The notes beneath the pieces are model-generated. The model saw only the letters and a list, made by a program, of their open reading frames with translations, was not told the DNA's origin and made no database searches. This document shows positions 1 to 11,701 of a stretch of DNA of 64,000 nucleotides, piece by piece. Within the stretch, counting starts at the first letter, position 1, and each line of letters opens with the position of its first letter. This stretch comes from an uncultured Actinomycetes bacterium. Its GTDB lineage: Bacteria; Actinomycetota; Thermoleophilia; Solirubrobacterales; Solirubrobacteraceae. The position numbers were made by a program, and so were the translations under genes. Where the stretch lies: contig CAVRBL010000011.1 in assembly GCA_963719305.1 (NCBI GenBank), forward strand, positions 388,459 to 452,458, given 5' to 3'.

Positions 1-861
1 ATCTCGTCCGGGACCGACCGAACAGCGGCGTCAGCGTCGCCGCGCGCAACCAGCTCGTGGATCATCTGGAGCTCATCGCCGAACCCAGCGGCGGTCACGC
101 AGTCGGCGTACCCCGGCGACGATCGCAGCGCAGTCGAGAACATCACCACTTGTCCCTTGATCAGCTCGAGGCCGCTGTCGTCGCGGGTGATGATCGAGGG
201 CGGCACGCAGCCGATCTCGACTTCCTCTGGCGACCTGCCGCCCTTCTCTGCGCCTCGGCGGACGCTCGGGACGACGACGTCGCGGATGTACTGCTCGGAG
301 TAGAAGGCGCCGATCACGCCATCGCCAAGCTCGGCTCCCAGCTCGAGCATCTTCGGACCGGTGGCTGCCACGAAGATCGGGATCCGGCGCGCGCGGTTTG
401 CCGCCCGAAGCTGGAAGCCCTTCACGTGGAATATCGTCGCCCTCGAACGTGACCCCATCGCCGTCGAGGATCCGCCTGAGGATGATTAAGTACTCGCGCA
501 TCGCACGGAGCGGGCGCTCGAACGTCCGACCGTGCCAGTCGGAGACGTACGTGTGCGCCTGAAGGCCGATCCCAAAACGCAGCCGGCCGCCCGACAGCTC
601 GTCGAGCGATGACGCGGTCAGGGCGACGGCTACCGGAGACCGGCTCCAGATGCCGATGATGCTTGGTATGAGCTGGATCTGCTCGGTTGCCACGGCGGCG
701 GCTGCCGTGGGCGTGATCGCATCGCCAAACGTGATCTCGGCAAACCAGGCGCTTCTGAATCCCCTTCGCTCTGCGTCCTGCGAGAGCCGGAGGAGCTCGC
801 TGGGGGCAAGTCCCTTCAGGACGACGCCGATGCCGTTGTCATCCGTGGTCGTGGGGTTCAT
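1..861 (-). CDS. LLM-class flavin-dependent oxidoreductase (runs off left edge; frameshift near 430)
   Basis: AERRGFRSAWFAE, SIIGIWSRSP, LDELSGGRLRFGIG; the next frame continues with PIFVAATGPKMLELGAELGDG. Confidence 0.85.
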
Positions 862-971
862 GACGTGTTTGGATCGACCGCCGACGCTACCGCGCCAGCT
901 CTGGCTCAGCCAGACGGTCCCGCATGAGTTCGATCGTTTCACGTTTGATTAAGGGACCTACGTCAGTTCGA

Positions 972-991
972 TTTGACATTTGATGAAATAT
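972..991. promoter_or_regulatory. Regulon motif copy 1, overlapping a TTGACA -35 element
   Basis: TTTGACATTTGATGAAATAT (rc ATATTTCATCAAATGTCAAA) between the divergent LLM gene and ABC operon. Confidence 0.65.
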
Positions 992-1094
992 CGTCAAGAC
1001 TCGCCCGACGCGAAGATCCCAACGGGCCGGCTGGACCGTAATTGACCAGGGCCAAGCTCGAAGGCGAGAGCGTGTGACACGAGGGAGAGTGGAC

Positions 1095-2324
1095 ATGAGA
1101 CGGTGGCGAATCGTTCTGGCGCTAGCTGCACTGGCCGTTGGCGTGCCCCTGCTGGCCAGTTGCGGGAGCTCCGAGTAGCAGCAGCGGCAGCACCAACAGC
1201 CGTGGCAAAGGGCAAGCCGATCATCATCGGCTCAGCGGTCGATCTGAGCTCGACGATGAAGGCCTTCGACGGCCCGGCCCTGGCGGCCGCCCAGCAAGAG
1301 GTGAAGAAGATCAACGCCCAGGGCGGGGTGGACGGCCACAAGCTCGTGTTCGACGTCGAGAACGACCAGCTCAAGCCGGCGCAGACGCGGTCCGACGCAC
1401 TCGATCTGATCAGCAAGGGCGCCAACATCCTGTGGGTCACCTGCGATGTGGACTTCGCCACGCCATCGACCGAGGTCGGCATCTCGAGCGGCAAGCTGAC
1501 GGTATCGCCGTGCATCAGCACCGATCAGATGGGGCCCAAGCGTTTCGGGAGCGCCGGAAAGCTCGCCTTCACCTTCGGGAGCATCGCCCAGGACGAGGGC
1601 GCGGCGCTGGCCCAGTTCGCGATCAGCAAGGGCTGGAAGACGGCCGATCGTGGTCAGCGACAAGGCGATCGCCTACACGGTTAACGACGGCCAGGCGTTC
1701 GCTCAGCGGTTCACGCAGCTCGGTGGGAAGGTCGTCGGCGCAGTACAGCTTTACCCAGGGCGACCACACGGTCGGCACCGTCGCGAGCAAGGTCGCTTCC
1801 GCGAAGGCCCAAGTGATCGATCTGTCGGAGTTCTGGTCTCCGGCAGGCGACCTGCCGGCGTTCCTGTCCGACGTGCGCAGCGCTGGCGACATGACGCCCA
1901 TCGTCGGCCCGTGGTCGATCGACGGCACCTTCTGGCTCCCGCCGAACCCGAAGATCTCCACCAACATCTGGCACACGAGCTACTCCTCGATCTACGGCGA
2001 CGACCCGAACTCGCAGGTGGAGGCGCTCAAGTCGCAGCTTGCCGCCGAAGGCCAGTCTCCAGCGACGGGCGGGTTCGTGCTCGGGCGCCGCCGCGATCGA
2101 CGGCATCGTGCAGGCGATCAAGCAGGCCGGTGGATCGCTCGATGGAGCGAAACTGGCGAGCATCATGGAGAAATACTCGGGCGTGTCGACGATCTCGGGA
2201 CCGGTGACGTTCACGACGCAGGTCCACGGCGTGATCGGCCGACCGTGGCGGATGATCGAGGTCATGAACGGCAAGCCGCCGTTTCCTGGAGATGCTCAAG
2301 GCATCCAGCCCCGCGGGGCTCTAG
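1095..2324 (+). CDS. Branched-chain amino acid-type (HAAT) ABC substrate-binding lipoprotein (several frameshifts)
   Basis: RBS GAGGGAG, signal peptide MRRWRIVLALAALAVGVPLLASC (lipobox); INAQGGVDGHKL; pieces lie in ORFs 1103, 1650, 1138 and 2039. Confidence 0.8.
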
Positions 2325-2337
2325 CGGCCCAGGGTTG

Positions 2338-3114
2338 GTGAGCGGTGAGGTTTCGTCACCGGGGAGGGCCGAAGGGCTCCTTCGGGCCTCCTCCGTGTCC
2401 CGCGCCTTCGCGGGCGTGCAGGCGCTCGACGACGTAACGTTCGAGCTTACGCGCGACGAGGTCGTTGGCCTCATCGGGCCCAACGGTGCCGGCAAGACCA
2501 CGCTGATCAACCTGGTGTCGGGCTTCGACCGCCCGACGTCCGGGACGATCCAGTTCGACGGCCAGGATGTGACCCGTTGGAGCGCTGTCCGCCGCGCGCA
2601 CGCCGGTCTGGCGCGCACCTTTCAGCATGGCCACCTGTTCCGCGACCTGACCGTGCTCGAGAACGTGGAGCTAGCGGCGCTCGGCATCGGCGCCGGCGTG
2701 CGGGAAGCCCGTCGGCGCGCCGACGAGCTGCTCGAGGCACTCGAACTCCGCCACCGGGCCGACCAGCTTGCGGCGTCGCTTCCGCACGGCGATGAGCGCA
2801 AGGTGGGGGTGGCACGCGCCCTGGCCGGCCGCCCGCGCTACGTGCTGATGGACGAGCCCGCCGCCGGGTTGCCCGAATCGGAGATCGGCTCGCTGCTCGA
2901 CGCGATCCGTTCGGTGCGGGACCGCTTCCAGGCAGGGGTGCTCGTCGTCGACCACAACATGGCGCTGATCATGGAGGTCTCGGACCGCATCCAGGCGCTC
3001 GATCACGGGCGCACGCTTGCCGAGGGGACGCCGAGCGAGATCAGGCAGAACATCGACGTGACCGCGGCCTACCTCGGCGAGAGCGTCGCGAGCGAGGAGC
3101 CAGCCAGTGCCTGA
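2338..3114 (+). CDS. livG: HAAT ABC transporter ATP-binding protein
   Basis: GPNGAGKTT Walker A, GLARTFQ, LPHGDERK, MDEPAAG, VVDHNM. Confidence 0.9.
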   Translation: MSGEVSSPGRAEGLLRASSVSRAFAGVQALDDVTFELTRDEVVGLIGPNGAGKTTLINLVSGFDRPTSGTIQFDGQDVTRWSAVRRAHAGLARTFQHGHLFRDLTVLENVELAALGIGAGVREARRRADELLEALELRHRADQLAASLPHGDERKVGVARALAGRPRYVLMDEPAAGLPESEIGSLLDAIRSVRDRFQAGVLVVDHNMALIMEVSDRIQALDHGRTLAEGTPSEIRQNIDVTAAYLGESVASEEPASA

Positions 3115-3823
3115 GGCGATGCTCGAACTCGACGATCTCGAAGTCCGCTACGGGCCAGTGCGGGCGGTGCGCGGCGTGAGCCTCACCGTCGGCGACGGCG
3201 AGATCGTGGGGTTGGTCGGGCCGAACGGCGCCGGCAAGAGCACCACGCTGTTGACCGTGATGGGAGCGCTCCGTCCCGCCGCCGGAGACATCCGTCTCGA
3301 GCGCAGATCGATCGCCAGATTGGCCCCGGAGCGGATCGTGCGCGCCGGTGTGGCGCTCGTCCCCGAGGGGCGCCACATCTTCGCCGATCTGACCGTGGAG
3401 GAGAACCTGCGCCTCGGGCTCGTCGGTCGTGCGGGCCGCGACGGCACGGATGAGGATCTGGACTGGGTCCACGGGTTGTTCCCGGACGTTCGCGAGTTTC
3501 GTGCCCGGCGAGCCGGCGAGCTATCCGGCGGTCAGCAGCAGCAGCTTGCCATCGCCCGCGCGCTGGTCGCCGGCCCGCGGCTGATCCTGCTCGACGAGCC
3601 CTCGCTCGGCCTCGCGCCGACGCTCGTTCAAACCGTGCTCGGCGCGCTGGCCGAAGTCCGGCGTCGCGGGGTCTCGATCCTGCTCGTCGAGCAGCGCGCG
3701 CAGGTGTGCGTTGGCTTCGCCGACCGCACCTACGTCCTCAACAACGGCGAGATCCGGATGACCCTGACCCCGCGCGATGCGGGCGACACCGATCGCATGG
3801 TGGCGGCCTACTTCGGGTCATGA
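3107..3823 (+). CDS. livF: HAAT ABC transporter ATP-binding protein
   Basis: GPNGAGKST, VPEGRHIF, LSGGQQQ, LDEPSLGLAP, LVEQ. Confidence 0.92.
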   Translation: MPEAMLELDDLEVRYGPVRAVRGVSLTVGDGEIVGLVGPNGAGKSTTLLTVMGALRPAAGDIRLERRSIARLAPERIVRAGVALVPEGRHIFADLTVEENLRLGLVGRAGRDGTDEDLDWVHGLFPDVREFRARRAGELSGGQQQQLAIARALVAGPRLILLDEPSLGLAPTLVQTVLGALAEVRRRGVSILLVEQRAQVCVGFADRTYVLNNGEIRMTLTPRDAGDTDRMVAAYFGS

Positions 3824-4709
3824 ACGCGCTCCAGACGATCATCGACGGTATCGCGCTCGGGGCGATCTACGCGCTCGTGGCGGTCGGGATCGCGCTCGTG
3901 TTCGGGGTCCTGCGCCTGATCAACTTCGCCCACGGTGAGCTGATCACGGCCGGCGCGTACTCGCTCTACCTGACGCGGCACCTGCCGCTGGCGGCGAGCA
4001 TCGTGATCTGCTTCATCACCTGCATCGTGCTGGCGGTGCTGGTCGAGGCGGTCGCGTTCCGGCCGCTGCGCGGTGCGGCGCCGATGACCACGCTGGTCGC
4101 GACCTTCGCGGTCGCGTACGCGCTCGAAGCGGTGTGGCTGGTCGCGTTCAGTCCCCAGGGGAAGGTGGCCGACCTTTTGTCGGTGCTGAACGACACTGCG
4201 ACGCACGGGTCGCTGCACTTGCGCTGGGTGACGATCGTCGAGATCGCGGCCGGCGGCGATCCTGCTCGGCGGCACGGGGCTGATCCTGAACCACACGAAC
4301 ATCGGGCTGCAGATGCGCGCCGCGGCGACCGACTTCCGGGCAGCGCGCCTGCTCGGGGTCAAGGCCAACCAGGTGATCCGGTTCGCGTTCGTGCTCGCCG
4401 GCGTGATGGCAGCCGTCGTGGCGCTGCTGCTCACCGTCCAGGAGCCGCTCGTCTCGCCGACGTTTGGCCTCGACCTCACGGTCCTGGCGCTGGTCGGCGC
4501 CGTGCTCGGCGGGATCGACCGGCTCGTGACCGCGACCGTTAGGCGGCTTTGCGATCGGCTTCATCACCTCGGTGCTCAGTGACGTGCTGCCCACCTCGCA
4601 GAACGTGTTCGTGACCGCGTTCACGTTCCTGATCGTGCTGGTGGCGCTGCTGGTGCGACCGTCGGGCCTGTTCGCGCCGCTCGGCCAGGCGACCGCGGAT
4701 CGGGTATGA
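3820..4709 (+). CDS. livH: HAAT ABC transporter permease (frameshifts near 4255 and 4540)
   Basis: GAIYALVAVGIALVFGVLRLINFAHGE; MRAAATDFRAARLLGV; ATGA overlaps at both ends. Confidence 0.88.
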
Positions 4710-5857
4710 GCGCGATCGCCTCGCTGGCCCGCCGCTCGCAGGGCGTGCGCCTGCGCTCCGTGCCGACGCTGATCGCTCCGGTCGCCCTGATCGTGATCGT
4801 CGGCCTCGTGGGCAGCGCCACGTCGGTTGCCACCCAGCAGAACTTCATCAGCGCGGAGGTGTCGGTGACGATCGTGATCGGCCTCTACATCTTCGTCGGC
4901 AACTCCGGCGTGTTCTCGTTCGGGACGATCAGCTTCACCGCGCTGGGGGCGTTCGCCGCCGGCGAGATGACGATCCCGACGAGCACCAAGCACCTGGTGC
5001 TGCCGGGATTGTGGTCGTTCATCGCCCACCACTCGGTCGGGAACGTGCCCTCGCTGGCCCTCGCCGCTGCGCTCGGAGCTGTGTACGCCTTCCTGGTCGG
5101 CATTCCGCTCGTGCGCCTATCGGGGATCGCCGCAGGGATCGCGACGTTCGCCGTGCTCGCGATCACCTACAACGTCTTCAATTTCTGGACCAAGATCGGG
5201 CCCGGCGCCCAGACGCTGTCGTTGGTGCCGACCACGACCGGCATGTCGCAGGCGACGATCGGCGCTCTCATCGCGGCCGTGGTGGCGTTCGTGTACCAGT
5301 CGAGCCGGCGCGGGCGGCTGCTCCGGGCCTCGCGCGAGGATCCCGCGGCCGCCCAGGCGATCGGCGTCAACATCCGCCGCGAGCGGCTCCTGGCGTTCAC
5401 ACTGTCCGGCGCCGTAGCCGGTTTGGGGGGCGCGCTGCTGGTCCATCAGCTCGGCTCGATCGTCGCCAGCCAGGTGTACATCGACCTGACGTTCCTCACG
5501 CTCGCGATGCTCGTGATCGGCGGGATGCGCAGCCTGTGGGGAGCGACGCTCGGCGCGGTCCTGATCAGCCTGCTCGACTCCTATCTGAGCAAGGCCGAGA
5601 ACGGCATATCGCTTGGGCTGTTCAGTGTCAACCTCCCGTCCGGCACCGCCAACCTGGTGCTGGGCGTGTTGATGGCGCTCATGCTGCTCTTGCGGCCACA
5701 GGGGCTGACCGGCGGGCGGGAGCTCGTCCCGCGCATCCCCGCTTCGATCCGCACGCGGCTCGGTAGGCGCGGCGGAGGCGAGCCGGCGCCGGCGATTGGG
5801 AGCGCGGAGCAGGGCGCGGGGACGGACGAGGACCGTGCGCCGCTCGAACGTCGCTAA
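4706..5857 (+). CDS. livM: HAAT ABC transporter permease
   Basis: GNSGVFSFG, GRLLRASREDPAAAQAIGVN, LVIGGMRSLWGATLGA; many TM segments. Confidence 0.9.
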   Translation: MSAIASLARRSQGVRLRSVPTLIAPVALIVIVGLVGSATSVATQQNFISAEVSVTIVIGLYIFVGNSGVFSFGTISFTALGAFAAGEMTIPTSTKHLVLPGLWSFIAHHSVGNVPSLALAAALGAVYAFLVGIPLVRLSGIAAGIATFAVLAITYNVFNFWTKIGPGAQTLSLVPTTTGMSQATIGALIAAVVAFVYQSSRRGRLLRASREDPAAAQAIGVNIRRERLLAFTLSGAVAGLGGALLVHQLGSIVASQVYIDLTFLTLAMLVIGGMRSLWGATLGAVLISLLDSYLSKAENGISLGLFSVNLPSGTANLVLGVLMALMLLLRPQGLTGGRELVPRIPASIRTRLGRRGGGEPAPAIGSAEQGAGTDEDRAPLERR

Positions 5858-5876
5858 CGACGCCCGGCGTCCGGCG

Positions 5877-6944
5877 GTGCCTACGTTTCAGATCAGCTGC
5901 GTTCAGCTCACGATGGAGCCGGTTCCGTTCATGCTCGAGACCGCGCGCGCACTCGATCGTCATGGCTTTGGCACCTTCTGGCTGGGGGAGGCGTACCCGT
6001 GGTGGCGCAAGCATGCAATGGAAGCCCGTTCCTCGACGGCGCTGTCGATGCTGATCGCGCGCGAAACCCAGCGCATCAAGATCGGCTGGGGCATCATCTC
6101 GCCTTACAGCCGGCACCCGGTGCAGGTGGCGATGGAAGCGCGCGTTATCCAGGAGCTCGCGCCAGAGCGATTCCTGCTCGGGTTCGGGACCTCGAAGATC
6201 TTCCTCAACAACATCGGCCGCTCCGGCGAGCCCCGTGAGGCCAAGCCGCTCGCGCACGCGCGCGACAGCGTGAGCATCGTGCGCGCCGTGCTGGCCGGTG
6301 AGGGCTTCCGCTACGACGGACGGATCTACTCCGCCGACGTGCCCCCGCTGGATCCCCTCGCCGAGGCGCCGCGGGGCACGGTGCCCGTCTATCTGGCCGG
6401 GACCGCGCCGCTGATGCAGCAGCTCGCCGGTGAGATCGCCGACGGCGTGCTGACGCCTTCGATCACCACTCCCGCCTTTGTCCGCTACACGCGCGAGAAC
6501 CTCGTAAAGGGCGCGGCCAAGACCGGACGCGACGCGGACGAGATGGACGTCGGCTGCACGATCGTCGCCTCGATCGACCGCGATCGGGACCGGGGTCGCG
6601 CCGGCGCCAGGGAAATCACCGCCATGTACCTCGCGAACAAGGTGCAGAACATCAAAGGAGCGGCCGACACGCTGCTCGAGCTGGCGGGCATCGACCCGGA
6701 TGAGATCAGACCGATCGCAGACGCGATGGAGCGTGGCGGCCGCGTGGCTGCCGCGGCTGCGATCACCGACGAGCTGTTTGAGCGGGCAAAGCCGATCGCC
6801 GGGACTCCCTCGGACTGCATCGCCGCGATCGAGGAATACCGCGACGCCGGCTGCACCAACGTCATGCTCGAGCTCTGGGGCGACGATCGCCAGGCGCAGA
6901 TCGAGCTGCTCGGCAAAGAGGTGTTGCCGCACTTCAGCGCATGA
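5877..6944 (+). CDS. LLM-class flavin-dependent oxidoreductase
   Basis: GFGTFWLGEAY, IGWGIISPYSRHP, PVYLAGTAP, AGEIADG, KEVLPHF; start codon uncertain. Confidence 0.88.
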   Translation: MPTFQISCVQLTMEPVPFMLETARALDRHGFGTFWLGEAYPWWRKHAMEARSSTALSMLIARETQRIKIGWGIISPYSRHPVQVAMEARVIQELAPERFLLGFGTSKIFLNNIGRSGEPREAKPLAHARDSVSIVRAVLAGEGFRYDGRIYSADVPPLDPLAEAPRGTVPVYLAGTAPLMQQLAGEIADGVLTPSITTPAFVRYTRENLVKGAAKTGRDADEMDVGCTIVASIDRDRDRGRAGAREITAMYLANKVQNIKGAADTLLELAGIDPDEIRPIADAMERGGRVAAAAAITDELFERAKPIAGTPSDCIAAIEEYRDAGCTNVMLELWGDDRQAQIELLGKEVLPHFSA

Positions 6945-9168
6945 GCGAGGCGTTCGTCCTCGGTCCGAGCGCAGGTGACTCCTCAGCGCTCGATCGACCG
7001 CTGAGGCTCGACCCGGTCACCTTCGAGGTGCTCCGTCACAAGCTGGAGGCGGTCAATGAGGAGCAGGCAATCACCCTGAAGGCGGTGTCGGCTTCCCCGA
7101 TCGTCACCGACGCGAGCGATTTCAACAACGGCCTCTATCTGCCGCCGGGGGATATCGTCTCGATGGGCCCCCAGGTCGTCTACCACTCCGGCGCGATGCC
7201 GATCGTGATCGAGCATGTGGTCAGCGAATGTGGCGAGAACCCCGGGATCCGCGAGGACGACATGTTCGTCGTCAACGATCCCTACATGGGCCCGGTGCAC
7301 CATCCCGATGTGGCGCTCGTGGCACCGATCCACCATCTCGGCGAGCTCATCGGGTGGGCCGGGGCGGCGGCGCACGAGGTGGATGTCGGCGGCATGAGCG
7401 CGGGGAGCATCTCGGTCGGCGCGCGCGAGAAGCAGCAGGAGGGGCTGATGTTGCCGCCAACGAAGCTGGTTGACGGCGGGCGACTGCGAGCCGATGTCTG
7501 GCGCTTGATCCTCAACATGACCCGCCAGCCGGAGATGGTGGCGCTCGACCTCAAGGGCTTCATCGCGTCGAACGTGGTGGCGAAGCGACGAGTGCTCGCG
7601 CTGATCGATGAGTACGGCCTCAACACCGTGCGTGGCACGATGAACGAACTGATCCGCTATTCGGAGCGGCGCTTTCGCGAGCGGCTGCTCGAGCTGCCCG
7701 AAGCCGAGGTCCGCTCGCGCGGCTTCGTCGACCATGACGGCCACAGCAATCGCATATACCGCGTCGACGTCCGGGTGCAGAAGCGCGGTGACGTGCTGCG
7801 CTTTGACCTCTCGGACTCCTCGCCGCAGGCACCCGGCTTCATCAACTGCACGGCGAGCACACTGGTCGGCGCCGTCTTCGGCGGTGTGGCGCCGATCCTC
7901 GGGCGCGACATCCCGTGGAATCAGGGACTGCTGAACGCGATCGAGATCGTGGCCCCCGCGGGGCTCGTATGCAACGCGATCCCGCCGGCGCCGACCGGAT
8001 CGGCGACGATCGCGACTGGCTGGGTCGTCGTCAGCACGGTCGTGCACGCGATCTCGAAGCTCCTGTCGCTCTCCGAGGATCACCGCCGCTATGCGCAGGC
8101 CGTCACCAACGGCAGCTTCGACGCGTTGGTGATCGGCGACCACAACCAGTACGGCGAGCGATACGGCACGCAGGTGATGGACGCGCAGCTCGGCGGCGGT
8201 GGCGCCAGTGCGGTAGCGGACGGCATCGACCAGTCGGGAGGCTTCGTCACTCCGAGGCCCGGCATCCCCAACGTCGAGACCAGCGAGATGCACGGCCCGA
8301 TGCTCTACCTCTATCGGTCCTTCCTCCGAGACTCGGGCGGCGACGGGGCTTGGCGCGGCGGTCGCGCGGCTGGGCTTGCGTTCACACCGCATGGCGTTGA
8401 GCGGCTGCGCTGCACGCTGACCACGCAGGGAGTCGAGGTGCCGGTTTCGCCTGGGTTGTTCGGCGGCTGGCCAGGACGATGCAACGAGCACGTCGTAATC
8501 CGCAGCACGACGGCTGCCCGAGATGATGGCTCGGGGCGAGCTCCTGCTTCGAGCTCTCGCCCGCCAGCGGGGCGCTCGAGCTCGCCCCGCTCGGCGGCAG
8601 GGCCGAGCAGCTCCCGGCGAAGGCGGAGCTCGAACTGCGGCCCGGTGACGTCCTCAAGTACAGCTGGTCCGGAGGCGGAGGGTTCGGCGACCCGCTGGAG
8701 CGTCCGCTCGAGCTGGTCGCCGCCGATCTGGAGGCCGGCATCGTCTCTGCCGCGCGCGCCGCACGCGCCTATGGGCTCATCGGCGGAACGGCAGGGGTCC
8801 GGCGGGCGGCAGGCGAGCTACCGGGCGACCAGCTCCGTCGCGCGCGGCGTCGGCGCGTGCCGCCCGCCGGCGCGAGCTCCGCCGAGGCAGCAGGGCAGAT
8901 CCTGCCCTTCGGTCCGCTGATGCGGGTTGCACGAACGGCCGCCGAAGCCCAGGTTGAGTGCCGCTGCGGCTGGCCGCTGGGGTCCGCCGGCGGCAATTGG
9001 AAGCTGGGCGCCGCGCGTGCAGTCCTCACCCCGGCCGAGCTGCCGGACGGCATTCGCCTCCATCGGGACCTCGACCTGGTCAAGCTCTCGTGTCCCGGCT
9101 GCGGCGCCGTGCTGTCGGTCGAGATCTGCGAAAGCGGCTCCGAGCCGATGGCCGACCTGCGGATTTGA
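6941..9168 (+). CDS. hyuB: Hydantoinase B/oxoprolinase subunit with C-terminal acetone-carboxylase-gamma-like Cys4 domain (frameshift ~8515-8550)
   Basis: LDPVTFEVLRH, NDPYMGPVHHPD, AHEVDVGG, DSGGDGAWRGG, GGGGFGDPLER; tail ECRCG...SCPGCG. Confidence 0.88.
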
Positions 9169-9176
9169 TCAAATAT
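9163..9176. promoter_or_regulatory. Regulon motif copy 2 (perfect palindrome ATTTGATCAAAT)
   Basis: Just upstream of the RidA ATG at 9191. Confidence 0.55.
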
Positions 9177-9190
9177 GGTACGGTGCCTCC

Positions 9191-9598
9191 ATGCCTAAGC
9201 GGGGCCTCGGGCTGGTGCGCCACGCCGGCAAGGTCATGGTCTGGGGGAAGGGCGCGGTCGCCGGTGACTTCGTCTTCCTCTCTGGCGCTGAGGCCCGCGC
9301 CGACGACACGGACGTGCCAGTCCAGGGCATCAGGGCGCAGACCGAGCTCGCGCTCAACCGGATCAAGCAGCGGCTCGCGGAGGCCGGGGCGTCTCTGGAG
9401 GACGTGGTCAAGTTCGTCTGGTACCTCACCGACCGGAGCCTGGAGACGGAGTTCTACGAGGCGCGCGACGGCTGGCTCGAGCGCAACTGCAAGGCGCTGC
9501 TGGACGAGCGCTCCTACGGCTCGACTCTCCTGATCGTCGGCCTCGCGCGCGAGGACATGCTGGTCGAGATCGACTGCATCGCGTACGTCGGAGAGTGA
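9191..9598 (+). CDS. RidA/YjgF/UK114 family protein
   Basis: GDFVFLSG, QTELALNRIKQRLAEAGASLEDVVK, STLLIVGLAREDMLVEIDCIA. Confidence 0.88.
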   Translation: MPKRGLGLVRHAGKVMVWGKGAVAGDFVFLSGAEARADDTDVPVQGIRAQTELALNRIKQRLAEAGASLEDVVKFVWYLTDRSLETEFYEARDGWLERNCKALLDERSYGSTLLIVGLAREDMLVEIDCIAYVGE

Positions 9599-9629
9599 CC
9601 CGGCGCAAGCCCCTAGGGACGTAAGAGCC

Positions 9630-11694
9630 ATGGGCTTCACGATCGGGATCGATATCGGCGGCACCTTCACTGACGCTGTCGTGGTCGACGACAGTGGCGC
9701 GCTCAGCTCCTACAAGAGCCCGACCACGCCCCAGGCGCTGCTCGACGGGGTGGTCGCGACGCTGCGCGAGGCCGCCGAGAACGTCGAGCAGCTGCTGGCC
9801 GACGCCGAGCGGATCGGCCACGGGACGACGGCCGCCACCAACGCCTACCTCGAGCGCCGAGGAGCGCGGACCGCGCTGCTCACGACACGCGGCTTCGAGG
9901 ACATCATCTTCCAGCAGCGAATGCTCGGCATGACCGCCGGGCTGTCGCCGAGCGAGCTGACCGACTACTCCTTGCGGCGGGTGCCGGAGCCGCTGTGCCC
10001 GCGCTCGCTGGTGTTCGGTATCCGCGAGCGGATCGACTACCGCGGGGAGCCGATCGGCGCCCTGCGCGAGGAGGACGTCCGCGACGCGGCTCGGGAGCTC
10101 GCCGCGCGCGGGATCGAGGCGGTGGCGATCTCGTTTCTGTGGTCGTTCAAGAACCCGGCGCACGAGCGGCGCGCCGCGGAGATCGTGCGCGACGAGCTGC
10201 CCGGGATCTATGTATCGGTCTCCAGCGAGCTGGTGCCGCGCCTGGGCGAGTACGAGCGCACCGCGACTACGCTGGTCAACGCCTACCTGGGGCCGGTCGT
10301 CTCACGCTACACCGGTGAGCTAGAGCGCCGGCTGGGCACCGCGAACCTGGTACTGCTCGACTCAGGCGGCGGCGTGATGACCGCCTCGGAGGCGGGGAGG
10401 GCGCCCGTGCGGCTGCTGCTGTCTGGGCCTTCGGGCGGCGTGACTGCGTCGCAGTACCTCGGTGAGACGCTCGGGCATCGCAACGTGATCACGTTCGACA
10501 TGGGCGGCACCTCGACCGACGTCGGCCTGATCGTCGACGGAAAGCCGATCCACCGGCTGGAGACGGAGATCGGCAAGTACCACCTGCTGTTGCCGATGGT
10601 CGACGTGAACGCGATCGGGGCCGGTGGTGGCTCCATCGCCCGCGTGGAGGAGGGTGGCTACCTTCGTGTCGGTCCGGAGAGCGCGGGCGCCGTGCCCGGG
10701 CCGGCGTGCTACGGGCGCGGCGGCGGTCATCCCACGGTCACCGACGCCGACCTCGTGCTCGGCGTGCTCGACCCGGAGAACTTCCTCGGCGGCAGGATCA
10801 GGCTCGACGTCGTGGCGGCGCGGGAGGCGATCTCGGTACACGTCGCCGAACCGCTCGGGATCGCCGTGGAGGAGGCCGCCGCCGGGATCAAGCGGATCGT
10901 CGATGGCCGGATGGCGGACCTGTTGCGAACGGTGACGCTCGAGCGCGGCCACGATCCACGGGAGTTCGTCCTGTACGCGTTCGGCGGCGCCGGCCCTGCC
11001 CACTCGCCGTCGTTCGCGTTGGAGCTCGTCCAGGAGATGCTCGTCCCCACCACGCAGTCGGTCCACTCCGCCCTCGGGGCCGCGTCGTCGGACATCGCCC
11101 TGCGAAGCCGAGCTCGCGGTGCCGATGCGGGTATCGCGCGAGCGGCCCGAAGTCGATGAAGCTGAGCTCGAGGCGATCTTCGAGCAGCTCGAGCGCGTTG
11201 CCCGCGAGGCGCTGACGACGCAGCGGGTACCGGCTGAGCGTCAAGAGCTCACACGGGTGGTCGAGGTCCGCTTCGTGCGTCAGACGAAAGCGTTGTCGCT
11301 CGGCTACGGCGGCTCGGTCCAGGCGCTGCTCGCCGACTTCCTGCGCCTCTACGCTGAGCGCTACGGCGCCGAGGCGGTGCCAGAGCTGGCCGGGTTCGAG
11401 CTCGTCACGTTCGTCGTCGAGGCGCGCGGGCGCCTGCGCCGGCCGGTGCTCGCGCGGAATCCCCGGCGCGGCGAGGACCCCTCCCATGCGCGTCGCGGTT
11501 CGCGGCCGGTCTATGACCCCGACTCTGATGGGTTTCTCGACACGCCGATCTACGCCGGCCCCGGCCTCCTGCCGGGCAACCTCGTGCGCGGCCCCGCGGT
11601 GATCGAATACCCGACCACCACGATCGCGCTCGGCTCGGCCAAGTTCGCCCGCGTGGACGAGCTGCTTGGTATCGAGGTCAGGGCGGCGGGCTGA
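9630..11694 (+). CDS. hyuA: Hydantoinase A/oxoprolinase ATP-binding subunit (frameshift ~11105)
   Basis: GIDIGGTFTD, HGTTAATN, EYERTATT, SGPSGG, DMGGTSTD, GAGGGSI, GPACYGRGG; C-terminal GPAVIEYPTTT. Confidence 0.92.
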
Positions 11695-11701
11695 TCAGGG
11701 C

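Noticed and set aside
1138-3114. 658-aa binding protein-ATPase fusion ORF
   Set aside because: It is a patchwork of frames from the frameshifted binding-protein gene reading into livG.
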